Shown piece after piece: positions 46,962-57,458 of a stretch of 64,000 bases of DNA (its first letter is position 1; every line of letters begins with the position of its first letter). The DNA is taken from NCBI GenBank assembly GCA_963677495.2, contig CAXXOU010000001.1, forward strand, positions 416,001 to 480,000, read 5' to 3'. Below the pieces are notes generated by a model that was given only the letters and a program-made list of their open reading frames with translations, made no database searches and was not told the DNA's origin. The position numbers and the translations under genes were made by a program. This stretch comes from Candidatus Cloacimonadales bacterium (GTDB taxonomy: Bacteria > Cloacimonadota > Cloacimonadia > Cloacimonadales > JAFGVF01).

Positions 46962-49900
46962 CTATTTCATCAAAATCATCTTCTTGGATTTTGTATATGT
47001 CCCGGCTTTAAGCTTATAGAAATAAACCCCGCTGGAGACTTTATCACCCTTATTATCATCTCCATTCCAGAGAACAGAATGTGTTCCTGCATTATAACTG
47101 CCATCTACGATGCGATTGATTTTCTGCCCTCTGATATTATATATATCAATCACAACATCTCTCCTCTCTTTCAAATCAAAGCTGATAGTTGTCTCCGGAT
47201 TGAATGGGTTAGGGTAGTTATTAAGGAGTTTTGTAGTATGTGGGATAGTGTATTGATTGTAATCTTCAGTTATAACTCCGGATACCTCAATATCATCCAG
47301 CATCATGAAGAACGTCTGCTCAGACACACAATGGAAACCTATTCTAATTAATTGATCATAATAGTCATTAAGAGGATATTCATAGTAGTCCCAATATACC
47401 GGTAAATCTAAAGGTGTATCACCGGATATTAAGGTGAAATCATCAGGATTAGTGCTGCCATTGGAAAGTCCTATTTCTAATTGATCAAGTCCAAATTGAT
47501 CAGTGAATGAACGAGATTTAAAGCTTAAGTTCATACCGAGTTCATTGACCTGCATCATTGGAGATATCAACCAATCATCATTTACACCATCTTGGGCACT
47601 AAAGCATGCCAGGTACTTTCTCCACTATAAGCTGTTGCTTCAAGTAAAGGTGGTACTGTACTGTTTGGATTGAAAACAATGTATGACATGGGGCTATGCT
47701 CTCCAGGGAAATCAAGACCATTTACAAAACCAGATGTGTCCTCCCCATCAAGATCAAACATGGTCCAATATGGAATCGATGTTGAAAAGTCATCATAATT
47801 CTCAAAGTTCTCAGCAATCTCAGGTGGATCAACCATAACATATGCAACAGATATTGTATCACTGGGACTGCTTTCATCCATCGGAGCAGAGAAGACTGCT
47901 GTTACGGCGTAATCATAGATTTGACCGTGCACAAATGGTCCCTGATCAAAACAACGTTTGAAGGGTATTGGCTCAGGATTTATAAGTACACTGTCACGAT
48001 ACACGTTATACCCTTCAAGGTTTCTTGTGTCAGATAAGAAGTAATCCCATTCCAGTTCAACTCCTTGATATGTTATCATATATTCTAAGTCATGTGGACT
48101 CGGGCAATCGGGATTCGGAGGTGTATTATCTGAGTAAATCCATAATGTGTAATCATTAGTATCCCATCTTGTATTGTCTATTGAATCTGGGGGATTATCA
48201 CTCTTAGCTATTCTCAGATAGTAGAAACCCATGCCATCAGGGTTAATATTATAAACAATATGAGGGTTTACACCGTCAGTCCAATCATTATCGCTTTGAG
48301 CTATTAACAATGAATCTCCCACGCTCATACCTGTATTCTCGTAAGGACCATATAGCTGAGCTGCAAGATCTACATCTGAGCCTTCAGCGTTCTCAGTATG
48401 AATATCCAACTCTACATTTTCGTAGGACCAAAATACATACCAGTCAACATCTTCTTGCGATTCAATTATCTCCTGATAACCCTCAACATCATAACCCAGT
48501 AGTGACAGTTCAGTTGCATCGGTGGAACTATCATTATTGTCAGGTACATACCCATAACCATGTATTGGTAGTGTAATTGGTTCCGGGTTATGATTATCTG
48601 TTATTGTAAGAGTCGCATACTTATGACCAGATGAAGTTGGGTTAAACTGTACTCCGGCATAAACACGTTCTGCTGGGCTAAGTGTAACAGGATAATTATT
48701 ACCATCAAGTAGTGTAAAATCAGAGCTGTTAATTGAAACAGATTGAATCTCCCAATCTACAGCCATTACATTCTGCATTGTAACCAGCTCAGCTGGTGAA
48801 ACTGAACCGACTGAAACAGCACTGAAATCGATTAATCCCGGCATAACAAATGGTGCACCCGGCATCATACTCATTTCTAACTTGATATTAGGTCTATACG
48901 CTACAAAATCATTAGCTGTGGGTGGATTCATAGGATCTGGATTAGTAGAATCATTATAATAGCATATACTTCTATTCTCTGAGCAAGGAGTACAGTAAAA
49001 GTCATCATTACTGGAAGCATAAGCTACCTCACTCTCTTTTATAGCAATTACAAGATTACTAATATTGTTGTAAGTAAAAGGATCATCAAGTTCGAATTCT
49101 ATCCATCCGTCAGCATGAATAGTAGGCATAGGTCCATCATAAACCTCAGTTAACTGGTCATAAGGTATCCAGCTATCATTTGAGTCGAAGCTACTCATGT
49201 TAGTATGCCCCATATAAATAGTAATATCATTGCAATTGTCTAAAGTTCCACCATTATTGAAGTGATAAGATACGCTCCAAATCTGATGATTTGATAAGTT
49301 TATTTCGGATTGAACGTAGATAGATTGGGAATAGGAATAGCCATAATATGGTTCTATAGGTAGATGCTGATTAACTTCCATCCCATCTCCAATCGTTATC
49401 AAGTCATTGTAAATCATAGTAGTAAAGCTAAAGTCGCAAGTAGCTGTGTCTACATGAGAAGCATTATGTAATTCAATTCTCCAGTAATAAGTAGTATTGT
49501 ATAATAGGTTATTCGTCTCAAAAAAGCCTACATCACCTACAATTCCAGTGAAGTTTCCGCTATCCACTAAAGATGTAGGAGGATAAGTAGTGCCAAGATA
49601 AAGATCATAAGAGTCTGTATAATAACCAAATTCCCACGAGATAGTTGTATTTACAGGAACATCTATTGCTCCATCTTGCGGGAAAGCATTAGTTACCGGT
49701 CCCGGAGGTAGAGGAGGCCACATATTATCAGTTGTGACGTTTAGAACATAACTAGGGTTTTCGGAAATAGCCGAATATTCATCAATGCAGATATAGATAG
49801 TTTCACCGGGTGATAGGTCCAATATAACTTGAGAATCTAGGTAGCCATCAGGTCCATCATCATTAGATGCGATTAGGTTTAGTGATGAGTCATATACAAA

Positions 49901-50149
49901 GAGATAACCATCCCAACCATTATATATAGGATGAATATCTAAATTTGTTATTGTATGTGGAGTATATAACACCCACCATTCATCTCTGTACCTTTCATTG
50001 TTATTATCAGTATTGTCTATTAGGTTTCCACTACCAGAAAATGGTAATCCTGGAATAGGTGTTGCATCAGTACTTGAATTCCCACCTTCTGCAAATATAG
50101 CAATAGATAATTGTACAAGAATTAATAGCAATAACAATCTTTTAATCAT
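46962..50149 (-). pseudogene. Secreted adhesin-like protein (PPC-like, ASH/Ig, FN3, cleaved-adhesin/choice-of-anchor J, T9SS-type CTD) split by a 1-bp frameshift
   Basis: ORFs 47582..50149 and 46962..47570 join if one A is added at 47617-47619: YSGEKYLACFSAQDGVNDDWLISP, matching the paralogue YSGNKYAAALSS..NDNWLIT. Confidence 0.85.
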
Positions 50150-50580
50150 AGGGACCTCCGGAATCTTTTAGTGCATTCCAACATTTTCAATAACATAGAT
50201 TTATTAAGCTCATTAGCATCAGTTAAACAATACAATAATAGTACTTTGCAAACATAGTGTCAATTGCTTTTCATAAAACTTTTATTTTCTATTCAAAATC
50301 GATGACTTTTTGTATACAATGTTTGATGCCTATGTGCTGGTATGTATTTCTTATCTTCCACAAGTTAATCCTTAAAAAACTTGACGGATGATTATAATGC
50401 TAACACTTAAATGGAGTTTTGATTTACTCTCCATATTATGATAATTGGTATAAGAATAATAATTGGATTTATAAGTTGAGAGTCAGATCTACTAGAATCC
50501 AGTTTATATGGTAGTGATATAAGACATGCTCAAGTAGTACTGAGTTTATGTTGTAGAATCTTCGGAAACAAGGAGAAAAA

Positions 50581-51153
50581 GTGATAAATCAATACATAAG
50601 ACAGAACAGAAGCTATCGCAGATTCGAGCAATCAGTTCGCATTGAGGAAGAGCAACTCTTGGATTGGATTAATAATGCGAGATTATCAGGTTCAGCAGCT
50701 AACTTACAACAGATAAGGTACTTCTATACGGTAGAACCTATAATGTGCGAGGAGCTATTCCCAATGACTGCTTGGGCTGGATATTTACCGGATTGGAAAG
50801 GCCCGGAAGAGGGAGAACGACCAACTGGATACATCATTCTTACTGCTCCCAATATGGAAAATAGAATGTTAGGAATAGATGTTGGAATTGCCAGCCAAAG
50901 TATTCTCTTATCAGCAACTGAAGCAGGATTCGGTGGTTGTATGATAGGTGCATTTAATAGAGAAGCTGTTACTTCAATTGTTCCTTTAGCAAAAGCATAT
51001 GTTCCATGGCTTATCATTGCTCTTGGTAAACCAAAAGAATCTGTACACTTGGAAGATATATCGATTCAAGAATCAGTAAAATATTATCGCGATGATCATG
51101 ATGTGCATCATGTACCGAAATTGAAGCTTAGTGAGATAGTTAGAAAGCTGTAG
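50581..51153 (+). CDS. Nitroreductase family protein
   Basis: RSYRRF, ARLSGSAANLQ, DVGIASQSILL.A...G.GGC..G, HHVPK. Confidence 0.92.
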   Translation: MINQYIRQNRSYRRFEQSVRIEEEQLLDWINNARLSGSAANLQQIRYFYTVEPIMCEELFPMTAWAGYLPDWKGPEEGERPTGYIILTAPNMENRMLGIDVGIASQSILLSATEAGFGGCMIGAFNREAVTSIVPLAKAYVPWLIIALGKPKESVHLEDISIQESVKYYRDDHDVHHVPKLKLSEIVRKL

Positions 51154-51246
51154 TGAATATCATTCATCACAGATAGTTATTTTTACGACCAATAATCTTT
51201 GACATACTTAATCATTTTCTCTAGTTTATCGCACAAAGGAGTATGT

Positions 51247-51627
51247 ATGGCTATATCATATAAAATATCTGTAATTGGCAACCTAATTAAAGTTGTAGCT
51301 AACGGTTTTGATGATGATTTAGCTACTACAATGAGTTATATTAACAATATTATCGATACAGCAAGAACTAATAAAAGTCGGTTCGTGCTGTGTGACGATA
51401 GAGAGCTCAAATAATCACTTTCGCATCTAGATGACTTTCAGTTAGCTAATTATATCAGCAATTATGCAAAACTAATTGAAAAAGTAGCTATTGTTTGCTC
51501 AGAAGCTTATAAACATGAAAAGATGTTTTACGAAGAAATTGCTGTAGAGGATGGTGCTAAGTTAAAGTTTTTCTTTGATATAGCAGAAGCTGAAAAATGG
51601 GTAGGAGATACAACTAAAGAAGTTTGA
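51247..51627 (+). pseudogene. SpoIIAA/STAS-SEC14-like small protein interrupted by an in-frame TAA at 51412
   Basis: The reading frame continues past the TAA (SLSHLDDFQLA...KVAIVCS...FFFDIAEAEKWV) and aligns with the neighbour 51749..52123, where the position is Tyr. Confidence 0.8.
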
Positions 51628-51748
51628 TAGCCAACTGTTAATATGGGAGTTAGTAGTATTAAGAGTTGCTTGATTTATAATCTCAACAGGATTAGTCTTG
51701 TTATCAATACTATTCATGACAGGATAATGATAGTCTAAGGGAGTATTT

Positions 51749-52123
51749 ATGTCATTCGTTTTTGACTTTACACTTGAAGAGGAAGTTCTAATTGTTAGAG
51801 CTGAGGGTATAGATAATTGTTATGAGGATGTTAAACACTACATTGATTCAATCGTGCAAATTGCAAATGCAAATGGAATTACTAATATATTAGTTGATGA
51901 TAGGTTAAGGGTTTATACTCTATCCTATTTGGCCTATAGCAAGTTAGCAAATCATATGAAGAGTTATTCTCAACAATTAGATAAAGTCGTAGTTGTTTGT
52001 TCCTCTGAATATAAGTTCGAAAAGGAATTATTTGAAGGGTATATAACCAAACCAGGAGTTAACTTTAGATTCAGTTTTGATTATGATGAAGCAAAGAACT
52101 GGATAAGGAATGGGGAATTCTAA
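51749..52123 (+). CDS. SpoIIAA/STAS-SEC14-like small protein
   Basis: ILVDDR, KVVVV, F.F.FDYDEAKNWI C-terminal signature. Confidence 0.72.
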   Translation: MSFVFDFTLEEEVLIVRAEGIDNCYEDVKHYIDSIVQIANANGITNILVDDRLRVYTLSYLAYSKLANHMKSYSQQLDKVVVVCSSEYKFEKELFEGYITKPGVNFRFSFDYDEAKNWIRNGEF

Positions 52124-52189
52124 AGTTGGCTTTTCATCAGTAAAGGTTTCAAAGACATGTATATAAATCATTTCTATAAATACTAAAAC

Positions 52190-52378
52190 TTACACAGTTC
52201 ATTTTGCAACAACTTACCGCATTTCAGGGAGTTTGTCAGCCTGATAAGGAGAGCGGACTTCCTAAAATGCACTCCGAAGTAACTTTCCCTGATTTCGTTC
52301 TCGCGTCACGCTATCGCTGCAACGCAAGTCCGAGATTGACATACACAGTGCCTTTTACAACAACTTAGCTACATTTAT
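52190..52378 (+). repeat. Internally deleted copy (~150 bp) of the ~200-bp element; left half of the IS21 target
   Basis: Matches 28020-28255 except that the ~50-bp GAGTCGCA hairpin segment is missing. Confidence 0.88.
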
Positions 52379-52476
52379 TGTCAATGGCAGTGAGAAATGG
52401 TACACGATGGCAGTGAAAAGTGGTACAAAACTGCCAACCTTTAAAAATGACTACTTCAAGACAGTTTGGAGTAGGT

Positions 52477-53952
52477 ATGATTGGAGTAGAAGTGTATCAT
52501 TCAATAAAAACTATGCATAAGCAAGGGCATAGTCAGCGTAAGATCGCAGAGGAGTTGTCTCTATCAAAGACAACAGTAGGTAAATACATAAATATGACAC
52601 TTGATGAGTTCATGGAACTAATAAACAATAGCATTCGTGAAAGCAGTTTTGCCATATGTGAGCAATATGTCCGCGAAAGGCTTAGCAAATATCCACGATT
52701 AAGAGCTAGTGTACTATATTTAGAAGTTAAGAAAAAGTTCCCTGAGATAAAAGCAAAAGACAGAGCTTTCCGAGATTTTGTTCGTAAGCTAAAGCAGACT
52801 TATCCTGTCGATAAATACCGTAATTATGCAGTAATCGAGACGGCTCCCGGTGTTCAGGTTCAAGTTGATCCAGGTGAGATGAAAGTAGTTTTGGGTAATA
52901 AACGTCAAAGAGTTTATTTTATAGTTTTTGTGCTTTCCCACTCGCGTCAAAGCTATGTCCATTGGAGCACAACACCATATAACACATCAAGGTTTATTGA
53001 AGCTCATCGTGAAGCTTTTATCTATTTTGAAGGTATCCCTTCAGAGTGTGTTTACGACCAGACAAAGCTTGTAGTAATACAGGAACGCTATCGGGAAGTA
53101 ATCTTAAATAATCAGTTCCATCAGTTTGCAGCAAAAACGGGCTTTCATCCTCATGTATGCGAAGGCTATGATCCACAAAGCAAGGGTAAAGTAGAGCGTA
53201 ATGTCTCAGAAGTAAAGCATGGCTTTATGTATGGCAAAGAGTTCAAAGACCTGGCAGACCTGCGTTCACGCGGACTTGAGTGGCTTTTACACTTTAACGG
53301 CAGAACCCATGGCACAACCCGTAAAGTACCATCAGAAGTATGGCAAGAAGAGAGGTTAAAGCTAAAAGATATTCCAGAGTTTATCTTCACTTTAGAAGTT
53401 CGTAATGCAGATAAAACAGGCTTAATCTCGTATGAGGGTAATAAGTACTCTGTTCCATTAGAGTATCAGCGAAAACAGGTATATGTGCAAAAAGAAAAGA
53501 GCACTTTAGTGGTGATGGATATTTATACAAGAAAGGAAATCTGCCAACATGAGCTATGCACAGAAAAAGGCAAAATCATCAAAAACACTAATCATTATCG
53601 GGATTTTACGGTAGTGCTACAAGAGCTTATTGAGCGAGTAAAGGATGAGATGAGTGAATATATCCAAGGAGAAGAACTAATCCAGAGGCTTGTTAATGAT
53701 AACCCTAAAATAGCAAGGGATCAGTTGAGAGCCTTAAGCAAGTTTAAGCGTAACTATGAAACAGATGTATGGGAGTCAGTGCTTCCTGAGGTAATGACTC
53801 TTTCGCATGTAAAGGCAACAGCCATAGAGAAGCTTCTGAATGCAAAAGTAAGACAAATGAAGCTAAATGAATTATCAGAATCAGAACCACAACAAGACTC
53901 AGAGAGTTCATTAATAGAGCGCTCATTAGATGACTACATGAAGGTGTTATAA
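52477..53952 (+). CDS. istA: IS21 DDE transposase
   Basis: N-terminal HTH, ETAPG.Q.QVD, YDQTK, PQSKGKVER, HGTT; ATG 52477 follows GGAGTAGGT. Confidence 0.95.
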   Translation: MIGVEVYHSIKTMHKQGHSQRKIAEELSLSKTTVGKYINMTLDEFMELINNSIRESSFAICEQYVRERLSKYPRLRASVLYLEVKKKFPEIKAKDRAFRDFVRKLKQTYPVDKYRNYAVIETAPGVQVQVDPGEMKVVLGNKRQRVYFIVFVLSHSRQSYVHWSTTPYNTSRFIEAHREAFIYFEGIPSECVYDQTKLVVIQERYREVILNNQFHQFAAKTGFHPHVCEGYDPQSKGKVERNVSEVKHGFMYGKEFKDLADLRSRGLEWLLHFNGRTHGTTRKVPSEVWQEERLKLKDIPEFIFTLEVRNADKTGLISYEGNKYSVPLEYQRKQVYVQKEKSTLVVMDIYTRKEICQHELCTEKGKIIKNTNHYRDFTVVLQELIERVKDEMSEYIQGEELIQRLVNDNPKIARDQLRALSKFKRNYETDVWESVLPEVMTLSHVKATAIEKLLNAKVRQMKLNELSESEPQQDSESSLIERSLDDYMKVL

Positions 53953-53953
53953 G

Positions 53954-54685
53954 ATGATAGAGATAACTAAAACATACATCAAAAGGGCTCGTTGTACTCA
54001 TATTTTGAATACTCTTGAAAGTGCAGTTTTAGAAGCAGAGAAACAGAATATGACTTATCTGGAGTTCGTACATTATCTATTTGAAAAAGAGAACTCAGGA
54101 AGGAATCAAACCAATATCAACAGAAGACTTAAACAGGCTCACATCCCGGTAATAAAGACCTTTGATGAGTTCGACTATGCTTATCAACAAGTAATAACCA
54201 AAAGACAAGTAAAGGAGTGGAAGAACTTTGTCTGGCTGGAGCAGAGGAGGAATATAATTTTAATGGGACCTCCGGGAGTAGGTAAGACTCATGTTGCAAC
54301 AGCACTCAGTTATGAAGCAATAAAGGCAGGCTATAAGGTGGTGTTTTATAATCTGAACAACCTTATCGAAGAACTTGTACTAGCTGAAGCAGATAACAAC
54401 ATAGATAAATATCTAAGCAATATAGCCAAGAATGATCTGATAGTTATAGATGAGATGGGGTATCTTCCTCTCCAGACAAAGGCAGCTAATCTGTTCTTTA
54501 GACTCATCCATCTCTTATACGAATTTAGATCAGTAATCATAACATCGAATAGGTTGTTTAATGAATGGGGAGCTATTTTTAACGACAATGTGATAGCAAC
54601 TGCTATTCTTGATAGATTACTCCATCACTCACAACCAATTACAATGCTCGGAGACAGCTTTAGACTAAGGAATTTTCAAAAATGA
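53954..54685 (+). CDS. istB: IS21 AAA+ helper ATPase
   Basis: GPPGVGKTH, IIDE-type Walker B (IVIDEMGY), ITSN, AILDRLLHH, GDSFR. Confidence 0.96.
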   Translation: MIEITKTYIKRARCTHILNTLESAVLEAEKQNMTYLEFVHYLFEKENSGRNQTNINRRLKQAHIPVIKTFDEFDYAYQQVITKRQVKEWKNFVWLEQRRNIILMGPPGVGKTHVATALSYEAIKAGYKVVFYNLNNLIEELVLAEADNNIDKYLSNIAKNDLIVIDEMGYLPLQTKAANLFFRLIHLLYEFRSVIITSNRLFNEWGAIFNDNVIATAILDRLLHHSQPITMLGDSFRLRNFQK

Positions 54686-54745
54686 AGACTGTACCATTTT
54701 TAAATGCCAAACTGTACCAATTTAAAATGCCATTGACACATTTAT

Positions 54746-54897
54746 TGCCCTTTTTACTCTCTTTTACTGCTCTGTCCATCAACGCACTGTGCTCCCACTG
54801 TGCACGCACTGTGAAGGCACTGCCAACCCACTGTTTCACTGGGTGCACAGTGCGTGCACAGTGAGAAAACAGTGGGATGATTGCGTTTTGATAGATG
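54746..54897. repeat. Second copy of the CACTGT 11-bp-phased palindromic array (right half of the IS21 target)
   Basis: Near-identical to 28258-28407. Confidence 0.9.
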
Positions 54898-54929
54898 GGT
54901 TACAGATAGAGTGAATCAACTACGAAGAT

Positions 54930-55077
54930 GCAACTTGCAAGATGACATAGGAAGAAGTGATTCACAATGAAGTGGGAATCGCTAATTCCGATAATTTGAA
55001 GTCAGGTTCGTTCTCCATCAAGAACCTTCGCATAAAGCTACGGCTTCTCAAGTGCTAACGCCACAATGCAAGTCCGA
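54930..55077 (+). repeat. Diverged copy of the ~200-bp element with a REP-like insert
   Basis: gaagtgattcacaatgaagtgggaatcgctaatt; ttcgttctc; insert 55021-55052; caagtccg. Confidence 0.75.
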
Positions 55078-55250
55078 GGTTACACTTGAATCGCTAATTA
55101 TGAAATACGAAGCTCAAAGTTGCGTGGCATGACAAAACCGACAAAGTCGGTTAAATCCATAATCCTAAATACAATTTTAACTTACTTATTGACATTCCTT
55201 GGATTTATTTTAATTCTTTGCAATATAACAAAATAAAGTAGGATGTGATT

Positions 55251-56309
55251 ATGAAAACTATAGAAAGATTGAGTCAATTAACCCAACTTGAAAACACACT
55301 GATACTCTATTATCACTCAACTTCTGAAGAACTGTTTTATCCATATATTACTGTCTTGAATTCAGACAAGTTAGTACTTGATGAAGTTTTTAAGAAACTA
55401 TCCCCACACTTAAATGGGTGGATTAAGGGACATTTAGTCAGGGTTGAAAAGGATAACGGGTTTCTTGATATCAACGAAGCTGAAGCAAAGATAAACGATT
55501 TCTTAGACAATAAGCTTCAGAAAGAGCTTGAGTTTGCCCAAAGCAAAAACAAAGAAGCGAAAGATAAGTGTCTTGAATACCGAAAGTTTATGCGTTCTGA
55601 TTATGGTGAAGTTGAATACTCTATTCCAGACCAGATGTTGGGAGTCCCAATGCCACCTTTCCAAAAGCCATATCCTGAAGATGCTACTCTCATTGAGCTC
55701 TCAAAACCGGATAGATCCATCTTCAAGAAAAGCAATATCTATGATTGTATAGTTGAACGAGAGAGCAGGCGGAAGTTCAAAGACGAGGCATTATCTCTTG
55801 AAGAGCTATCAATGCTATGCTTTACAACTCAAGGTATGCGGGGAAAACAGGCTCATGGTCGCTGGCACTTCCGTACAGTGCCGAGTGGTGGTGCAAGACA
55901 CCCTTATGAAACCTATCTTGCAGTTACGAAAGTAGAGGGATTGAAGTCAGGTGTTTACCGCTATCTGCCCATTGAGCATAAACTCCTGTTTATGTTTGAA
56001 GTGGAAGAGAAAGAACTACGAAAGAAGATTACCTATTTTAGCGAAGGACAACAGTTTGCAGGTGAAGCATCAGTAACATTCATCTGGAGTTGTGTTCCAT
56101 ATAGGACTGAGTGGAGATACTCTTCCATGGCAAGAAGAGATCTGCTATTAGAATCAGGACATATCTGCCAGAACTTGTACTTATGTGTAGAGGGACTAGG
56201 TCTTGGAACCTGCTCTATACTCGCTTTCAAGCAGGAATTAGATGATTTTCTCGGGTTGGATGGGGTTAATGAACTTGTGACTTATATCAGCCCGGTTGGA
56301 AGGTATTGA
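55251..56309 (+). CDS. SagB/ThcOx-type nitroreductase-fold dehydrogenase with an N-terminal extension
   Basis: RESRRKF, FRTVPSGGARHPYETY, G.Y.Y.P..H.L, RTEWRY, ESGHICQNLYL. Confidence 0.88.
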   Translation: MKTIERLSQLTQLENTLILYYHSTSEELFYPYITVLNSDKLVLDEVFKKLSPHLNGWIKGHLVRVEKDNGFLDINEAEAKINDFLDNKLQKELEFAQSKNKEAKDKCLEYRKFMRSDYGEVEYSIPDQMLGVPMPPFQKPYPEDATLIELSKPDRSIFKKSNIYDCIVERESRRKFKDEALSLEELSMLCFTTQGMRGKQAHGRWHFRTVPSGGARHPYETYLAVTKVEGLKSGVYRYLPIEHKLLFMFEVEEKELRKKITYFSEGQQFAGEASVTFIWSCVPYRTEWRYSSMARRDLLLESGHICQNLYLCVEGLGLGTCSILAFKQELDDFLGLDGVNELVTYISPVGRY

Positions 56310-56331
56310 TCTAAATGGATTATTAAAAAAT

Positions 56332-56361
56332 AGCAGACAATCATGAAATTGATTGTCTGCT
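56332..56361. terminator. Bidirectional terminator between convergent genes
   Basis: AGCAGACAATCA...TGATTGTCTGCT. Confidence 0.75.
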
Positions 56362-56377
56362 TAGGTAAGCTTTTAAA

Positions 56378-57427
56378 TTAACTTTGAGCTATCTCTTTTG
56401 ATATAGATTTTCGTACACTTTTAAGACAGTTATTCAAATACTTTAGTGAAAGTTTTAGTGCTCTAATTTTTTTACTATTCCTTTTTGGATCAAGGGTCAA
56501 CTGATTGAGCTTTTGATCAACAGAGCTAATAAAACTAATCAATGCCTTAAGGATTTGCTTTTGTGTCTCTGGGTCTTTCAGTTTTGGAATAACAACTTCT
56601 TTCACAAATACATCTAGCTTTGATGCCATGAGCAGTGTTGCATTAGGTGAATTTGCTACAAGTGTCCCAACTGCAGTTCCTCCTGCTATACCAAGAATCC
56701 CTCCTGTTGAAACTAGCACAGTTATTCCGCCAGCCATTCCTGTTCCTCCCGCTACTAATGCCCCACCACCGATAGCTGCAAGTCCTGAAGATATTGCTGC
56801 AGCACCAGTTAATCCTTGAGCAGCAAATAATACTGCTATTTCTGGGGCAGCTGCACCAGCAGTAAGAGCAATAACGATACCTGAAACTATAGCTGAGATG
56901 GCTATAGTTGTTGATTTACCAGAAATATTCATATATGCTTTCTTAAATCGTTTCTTATACAGATTTAAAATCTCATCATCAATTCCTAAAGCTCTGGAGA
57001 AAATGTTAATATATTCAGTGTTAACTCGATATGATAGTTTATTAAATTTATTCGAGTTAGTGTTTTGATTTTCTTTGTTCAACTGAAAGAATGGTCTAAA
57101 GAAAAAAGCCTCAAGTATAATCAGGTAACTATGGCTTAAGTGAGAAGTTTTAGAACAAAGGTTGCTTAAGTATTGCTGTAGTTCAATATCGTCGGTAATT
57201 AATGTAGTTTTACATATATTTGAGCCTTTATTAAGAGGTCGTAATACAAGATTTTTCCATTCATCTAACCATTTAAGTTTCATTTGTCTTTTTTCTGCAT
57301 TTTTATCTCTCAAAATGGAATGCTTAGTAATACAATATTCAATGCTGTACAAAGCTTTAATCCATTCATTAGGTAACTGAAATATTTCCTGTAAGTTATC
57401 AACTGTCTCAATCTCTTTTTCTTCCAT
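56378..57427 (-). CDS. Hypothetical protein with a long Gly/Ala-rich hydrophobic segment
   Basis: GLTGAAAISSGLAAIGGGALVAGGTGMAGG glycine-zipper-like stretch; GGAGG RBS. Confidence 0.75.
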   Translation of the reverse strand: MEEKEIETVDNLQEIFQLPNEWIKALYSIEYCITKHSILRDKNAEKRQMKLKWLDEWKNLVLRPLNKGSNICKTTLITDDIELQQYLSNLCSKTSHLSHSYLIILEAFFFRPFFQLNKENQNTNSNKFNKLSYRVNTEYINIFSRALGIDDEILNLYKKRFKKAYMNISGKSTTIAISAIVSGIVIALTAGAAAPEIAVLFAAQGLTGAAAISSGLAAIGGGALVAGGTGMAGGITVLVSTGGILGIAGGTAVGTLVANSPNATLLMASKLDVFVKEVVIPKLKDPETQKQILKALISFISSVDQKLNQLTLDPKRNSKKIRALKLSLKYLNNCLKSVRKSISKEIAQS

Positions 57428-57458
57428 ATATTCCTCCTGTTTAGTGATTTTTAGTATT

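Larger units (their letters stand above)
52379..54738 (+). mobile_element. IS21-family insertion sequence with 7-bp target duplication CATTTAT
   Basis: TGTCAATGGCA...TGCCATTGACA ends with internal tandem TGGCA...GGTACA repeats; CATTTAT at 52372-52378 and 54739-54745; istA and istB inside. Confidence 0.96.

Noticed and set aside
51412..51414. Stop-codon reassignment or readthrough
   Set aside because: TAA, TAG and TGA all terminate well-conserved genes in this window, so a single nonsense change is simpler.
52420..52476. N-terminal extension of IstA given in the ORF track
   Set aside because: It begins at a GTG inside the left inverted-repeat region. The ATG at 52477 has an RBS and gives a typical IstA start.
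55251..56309. Thiazole/oxazole RiPP cluster
   Set aside because: No YcaO, E1-like protein, transporter or Cys/Ser-rich precursor nearby.
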